A stretch of 20,000 nt of DNA from an uncultured virus (IMG/VR IMGVR_UViG_3300042336_000257) (lineage: Duplodnaviria > Heunggongvirae > Uroviricota > Caudoviricetes), in IMG/VR virus record IMGVR_UViG_3300042336_000257, positions 57,727-77,726 of that record. One strand, given 5' to 3'. The notes below the pieces were generated by a model, which made no database searches, had not been told where the DNA came from, and saw only the letters and a program-made list of their open reading frames with translations. Positions within the stretch are counted from its first letter, which is position 1, and the number at the start of each line of letters is the position of its first letter. The position numbers were made by a program, and so were the translations under genes. Shown here in pieces: positions 16,753 to 20,000 of this stretch.

Positions 16753-17004
16753 CCGTTCCGAGTCGGCTTACTTCCGTCCTATTCAGTTTAGCACTTAAGT
16801 CTTATAACGTCCTTTCGGAGTTCTGATAGCAATCGGTCTTCTTTTCTTTGGTCTACTACATCGTCGTTTTTAACGATGTCCATTAGTTCCCACGCTGCGT
16901 CGCAACTTATAGTCACTTGATTAGATTTGGCAAGTTGAGGCGTAGAAATAGAAAGAAGTGGAACCCATGCTAAAAGCAAAAGTGCTTTAGTCATAGGATG
17001 AACG
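16753..17004 (-). ncRNA. glnA-type (glutamine riboswitch-like) aptamer 1, with P2 expanded by an ORF
   Basis: CGTTC-A-TCCTAT...ATAGGA-CGGAAGTAAGCCGACTCG-GAACG-G: P1 CGTTC/GAACG, P2 TCCTAT/ATAGGA, and the CGGAAGTA junction characteristic of glnA RNAs. Confidence 0.75.
16788..16994 (-). CDS. Small two-Cys protein with hydrophobic/signal-like N-terminus (68 aa) nested in aptamer 1
   Basis: In the ORF track: MTKALLLLAWVPLLSIS...ISCDAAWELM...SELRKDVIRLKC. Confidence 0.7.
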   Translation of the reverse strand: MTKALLLLAWVPLLSISTPQLAKSNQVTISCDAAWELMDIVKNDDVVDQRKEDRLLSELRKDVIRLKC

Positions 17005-17014
17005 TTAGGGGATT

Positions 17015-17044
17015 ATTATACCCCTATTCACACTATATAGTCAA
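17015..17044 (-). promoter_or_regulatory. sigma70 promoter TTGACT-N18-TATAAT driving the riboswitch unit
   Basis: -35 at 17044-17039 and -10 at 17020-17015. The predicted start (about 17008) is a few nt before aptamer 1. Confidence 0.7.
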
Positions 17045-17060
17045 GTTTTATTTTGAAATA

Positions 17061-17074
17061 GTAACAATAGATAC
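17061..17074. promoter_or_regulatory. NtcA-type binding site GTA-N8-TAC
   Basis: GTA-ACAATAGA-TAC (minus strand tGTATCTATTGTTAC), flanked by A/T-rich sequence, upstream of the promoter. Confidence 0.55.
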
Positions 17075-17096
17075 AAAAATGTATCTCTATTATACT

Positions 17097-17155
17097 AAAA
17101 GGCGTGAAGATTTATGAAAACCTTCGCGCAAGAAAAATTTTGGCGGAAATTTTTT
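17097..17155 (-). terminator. Two adjacent inverted repeats, the second terminator-like
   Basis: Minus strand AAAAATTT-CCGCCA-AAATTTTT, then GCGCGAAGGTTT-TCAT-AAATCTTCACGC-CTTTT, just after the stop at 17171. Confidence 0.45.
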
Positions 17156-17170
17156 ACCCCAAAAAGAAAA

Positions 17171-17524
17171 TCACTTTCGCTTTTTGGTTTTGGGTGCTTG
17201 ATAACCCCATAACTTTGGATTGATTCTTCCATACCCAAAGTCAATACTCTTTAGATTTTCACGAAACTTGTCCCAGTACATATCAAACAAACGAATTCGT
17301 GATCCTCTAGTTAAATCAAAACAAATTTCCTCATCAACAATATACTTTACGATGTAAGCATCATTCGGTGCTTCTTTAGTACAGACATCAGCATATGAAC
17401 CATTTTCAATTAAAATATCACAACCATAGCGTGACTTACAGGTTTCTTTTTCTGCTGGTGTCCAATAGTCCATATGCTTTTCCGTATTGTGGGTTTCTTC
17501 AACTACATCACGAACCTGACTCAC
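17171..17524 (-). CDS. Conserved cyanophage hypothetical protein
   Basis: P.DAY.V.Y......DL.R....LFDMYWDKF......I..GYG.INPKLWGY. The start is uncertain (GTG 17524 overlapping the upstream stop, or ATG 17475). Confidence 0.75.
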   Translation of the reverse strand: MSQVRDVVEETHNTEKHMDYWTPAEKETCKSRYGCDILIENGSYADVCTKEAPNDAYIVKYIVDEEICFDLTRGSRIRLFDMYWDKFRENLKSIDFGYGRINPKLWGYQAPKTKKRK

Positions 17525-18120
17525 GAACGACCTCCCCACTTAATATCAGGATAAGCTTGTGAAACTACTTCCCTGGTGAGTTTGTATTTGTCTGTCAGTT
17601 TTTTATCCTTAGTAAGAATAACAATTTCTGCTTCAAGAGGATGAAGACCTTGAAGAATGTTAATAAACATTGTTTCTCTACGAAGAGAACTCAATCCATC
17701 GTTACCACCCTTTACAAAATTATAAAACTTATTATATTCCTTACGAATTGATGAGCGTCCCTGGTCCTGAGAACCTAAAGAACTACTTCCCAACTCACCC
17801 ATCTTAGAAACAGCATCTGTAATCTTTCCAGACAGAGTTCCGCTGAATGAAGTTTGTTCATCAGTACCTGCATAAGGTACATCTCCTGGGGGAAGAATAG
17901 AAACAACCGTCTCATCAAAGTTCCAAATAAAAAGAGTCTTCAGAGCAGGATGAGAATACTTTTGAAGTACTTCTACCTTTTTTGCTGTACTTTTTTGCTT
18001 ACATGCAAGACTTAAAATCTCAAAAATAAATGGATTTGAAGGAAGATCGGGAATAGGAGATTCCTTCTTAACCGTAAATTTTGATTCAGTCTTCTTCGTC
18101 GCCGTTGTCTTCGTAGTCAT
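17521..18120 (-). CDS. Conserved T4-like hypothetical protein (DUF6433-like)
   Basis: EIL......K...KV..L......LK....WNFD......LP.G.VPY...RRETMFI..L.GLHP.EAE....KDK.L; likely ATG at 18120. Confidence 0.75.
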   Translation of the reverse strand: MTTKTTATKKTESKFTVKKESPIPDLPSNPFIFEILSLACKQKSTAKKVEVLQKYSHPALKTLFIWNFDETVVSILPPGDVPYAGTDEQTSFSGTLSGKITDAVSKMGELGSSSLGSQDQGRSSIRKEYNKFYNFVKGGNDGLSSLRRETMFINILQGLHPLEAEIVILTKDKKLTDKYKLTREVVSQAYPDIKWGGRS

Positions 18121-18313
18121 GATAGTTCTCAAAGTTAAATGCAATCACCTCATCTGGAATTAGATTTCCTTGTCCATCAAACATTTCGGGGTGAGGTCGT
18201 GGAATTTCCCGATAGTTCATCATATATTCTCTTGCAACCCATCCTCCCATTATTCCAACTATAAAAAATAATACGGTTAAAAAAGAACCGAAAACTAAAC
18301 TAGTTGCTAACAT
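18086..18313 (-). CDS. Small membrane protein
   Basis: 75 aa with an N-terminal transmembrane segment, then HPEMFD.QGNLIPDEV.AF.FEN and an acidic tail; GGAG SD. Confidence 0.8.
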   Translation of the reverse strand: MLATSLVFGSFLTVLFFIVGIMGGWVAREYMMNYREIPRPHPEMFDGQGNLIPDEVIAFNFENYHDYEDNGDEED

Positions 18314-18335
18314 AGTTTTTCTCCCTCGGGAACTA

Positions 18336-18509
18336 CTACTTTTTCCTTACTTTAATGGAAAACTCAAAGTAGATGGTTACTTCCCGTCTCAGAAAGCAAA
18401 CCAACTTCTCGAATATAATATGAAAATCTTTGGGTTGCTTTCTTTTTCCTCCATTAAGAATAAATTCAACTCCACGATTAATGTGGATGTCTTTATTTAT
18501 GTCCGCCAT
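18336..18509 (-). CDS. Small conserved hypothetical protein (57 aa)
   Basis: Read by hand as MADINKDIHINRGVEFILNGGKRKQPKDFHIIFEKLVCFLRREVTIYFEFSIKVRKK; TGATG coupling to glutaredoxin, and it fills the gap exactly. Confidence 0.7.
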   Translation of the reverse strand: MADINKDIHINRGVEFILNGGKRKQPKDFHIIFEKLVCFLRREVTIYFEFSIKVRKK

Positions 18510-18745
18510 CAAACAATTTTTTGCTCTTGTAAAAACTTAACTGTATCAGTACATCCTCCTAATTTTTTATCATCAACAACAATTTGGGGAAATGTACTCC
18601 CCTCACCAAACTCGGAGTAAAATTCCTCTGCGGTAAAGTCCTTGTCAAGAGTATACACCACATGTGTCATCTTTGTCAACTTCATTACGCTTTTAATTTT
18701 GTCACAATATGGACAACCTGGTTTTGAATAGATTGTAAAGTTCAT
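18509..18745 (-). CDS. nrdC: Glutaredoxin
   Basis: IYSKPGCPYC...TFPQI......GGCTD. Confidence 0.93.
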   Translation of the reverse strand: MNFTIYSKPGCPYCDKIKSVMKLTKMTHVVYTLDKDFTAEEFYSEFGEGSTFPQIVVDDKKLGGCTDTVKFLQEQKIV

Positions 18746-18772
18746 ATTTCTTTATAATTTTTGTATAAGTAT

Positions 18773-19372
18773 TTAATCAAAAAAGAACATGTGCCACAAG
18801 CGGCAGTTTTGAAGGCAGTCTCCAAAATATTCAGATGCTGAGTGAATATTTCCACCACTAAAAAGAACTAATCTGTTATAGACATTTCCTGCAACATCTA
18901 CTGGTTCATATGGAGTTCTATCAAGAAATGTTCTTTGATTAAAGACTTTAAGACCTTGACCTGCTGCCCAATCAATTTGAGAATTATGGTGAATCTTAGT
19001 TTCTTTATGCCTCCACATGGTAGTTCCACATTGTGGTGGAGCATCGGGTGTTAGATAAACCATACCAGCCCAAGTCTGGTCATCGCAGTGATAAACAAGT
19101 TTTTCCCCAGACCAATTATGCTGAAAGCGACCATTCATTCCATGGTCTTCCCACTTGATAATTGGTTGTCCAAGAAGATCTTCAAATGCTTCTTTTGTTC
19201 CAGGAATGAAAAATTGCTTACGAGTTCTCCTGCCAATGTATCCAGCATCATCAAAGAAATCTTGCTCTAGAGCAAATTTTCTTACAGCATCTGGATCTCT
19301 ATAGAAATTATCAACAATGATTACTCTCTGAGATTTTCTATATTCAGGATTAACACTTAATAGTTGATTCAT
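18773..19372 (-). CDS. 2OG-Fe(II) oxygenase-like protein (DUF6445-like)
   Basis: IIVDNFY.DPD.VR..AL, HCD (HxD), WAG.VYLTP....GT, N.YNRLVLF.....HSA...R....FFD. Confidence 0.85.
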   Translation of the reverse strand: MNQLLSVNPEYRKSQRVIIVDNFYRDPDAVRKFALEQDFFDDAGYIGRRTRKQFFIPGTKEAFEDLLGQPIIKWEDHGMNGRFQHNWSGEKLVYHCDDQTWAGMVYLTPDAPPQCGTTMWRHKETKIHHNSQIDWAAGQGLKVFNQRTFLDRTPYEPVDVAGNVYNRLVLFSGGNIHSASEYFGDCLQNCRLWHMFFFD

Positions 19373-19373
19373 A

Positions 19374-20000
19374 TTAGAATCCTAGGTGCTTACTACGAAC
19401 AAAATCCAAATCAAATGTTGTTGCAGAAATAAATTGTTCTTTACCCTCAAATGGCAATTCAGTTGGACCACAAATCCTCCAATCTTTACCCCACTTTTCA
19501 GTAAGGTAATCAATATTCATTGCATTAGATGCTTCAAGTTTTTCTTTCAGAGATGGATCATTCTTTTTAGTTTGACTTCCATGGGTGTAATACTCTTGCT
19601 TCTCACCAAACCCATGATAGTACATACTATTCAATTCCATAACTTTACGAATTGGTCGATGCATGAAACGCATAATCATATCAGCATCTTCACAATAGGC
19701 AGGATATAGATTTTCATCAAAAAGACCAAATGCCCTAATGATATTTTCTCTAATCAGGAATAAATCCCAACTACCAACACCATAGTCACCTTTGTTACCA
19801 TGAACCATTCCGATCATTTCATCAGAATTGACAGTATTCACCATCTCTTCTAAGAATCCTGGACCAAAGGATACGTCATCATTGCAGATAATCCAGTAGG
19901 GGGACATCAGATAACACTTGATAATCAAGTTCCAAGATCCAGCAACTCCAAGATTGCCAGGAAGGTGGGCAACCTTAACTTTTTTCACATACTTATGCTT
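19374..20000 (-). CDS. Glycosyltransferase family 2 (5' end runs off the window)
   Basis: NLGVAGSWN...IICNDDV.F...GLFDENLYPAYCEDAD; the frame stays open to the window edge. Confidence 0.85.
   Translation of the reverse strand, partial: KHKYVKKVKVAHLPGNLGVAGSWNLIIKCYLMSPYWIICNDDVSFGPGFLEEMVNTVNSDEMIGMVHGNKGDYGVGSWDLFLIRENIIRAFGLFDENLYPAYCEDADMIMRFMHRPIRKVMELNSMYYHGFGEKQEYYTHGSQTKKNDPSLKEKLEASNAMNIDYLTEKWGKDWRICGPTELPFEGKEQFISATTFDLDFVRSKHLGF

Noticed and set aside
17081..17095. Second NtcA box GTATCTCTATTATAC
   Set aside because: The spacer is 9 nt rather than 8.

Overview
This window looks like part of a T4-like cyanophage (Kyanoviridae-type myovirus) genome, judged from gene content and order. 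The left half (1-10519) is a tail/baseplate and head-completion module: gp5, a hub-like protein, two tape-measure-like proteins (one with an SLT lysozyme-like domain and an apparently circularly permuted M23-like domain), gp51, gp26, gp54-like, gp4, gp2, gp48 and gp53. The right half, all on the minus strand, holds gp32, a DUF1825-like ORF, gp59, gp33, a Cas4-like exonuclease, phoH, thyX, several small conserved ORFs, glutaredoxin, a 2OG-Fe(II) oxygenase and a glycosyltransferase. Two loci stand out. (1) At 16256-17074 is a self-contained, apparently nitrogen-sensing unit: an NtcA-type GTA-N8-TAC box, a sigma70 promoter, two tandem glnA-type (glutamine riboswitch-like) aptamers whose P2 stems each clamp an entire small ORF with its AUG in the stem, an anti-SD hairpin, a DUF4278-like gene, a basic peptide and a terminator. 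(2) At about 11857-12350 is an insertion in the 3' end of gp59. It supplies a synonymously recoded gp59 C-terminus, a structured leader with a late promoter, and a basic ORF with no recognisable nuclease motif, and it leaves the original gp59 tail stranded downstream. All family assignments come from recognising motifs and synteny by eye; no database search was run.
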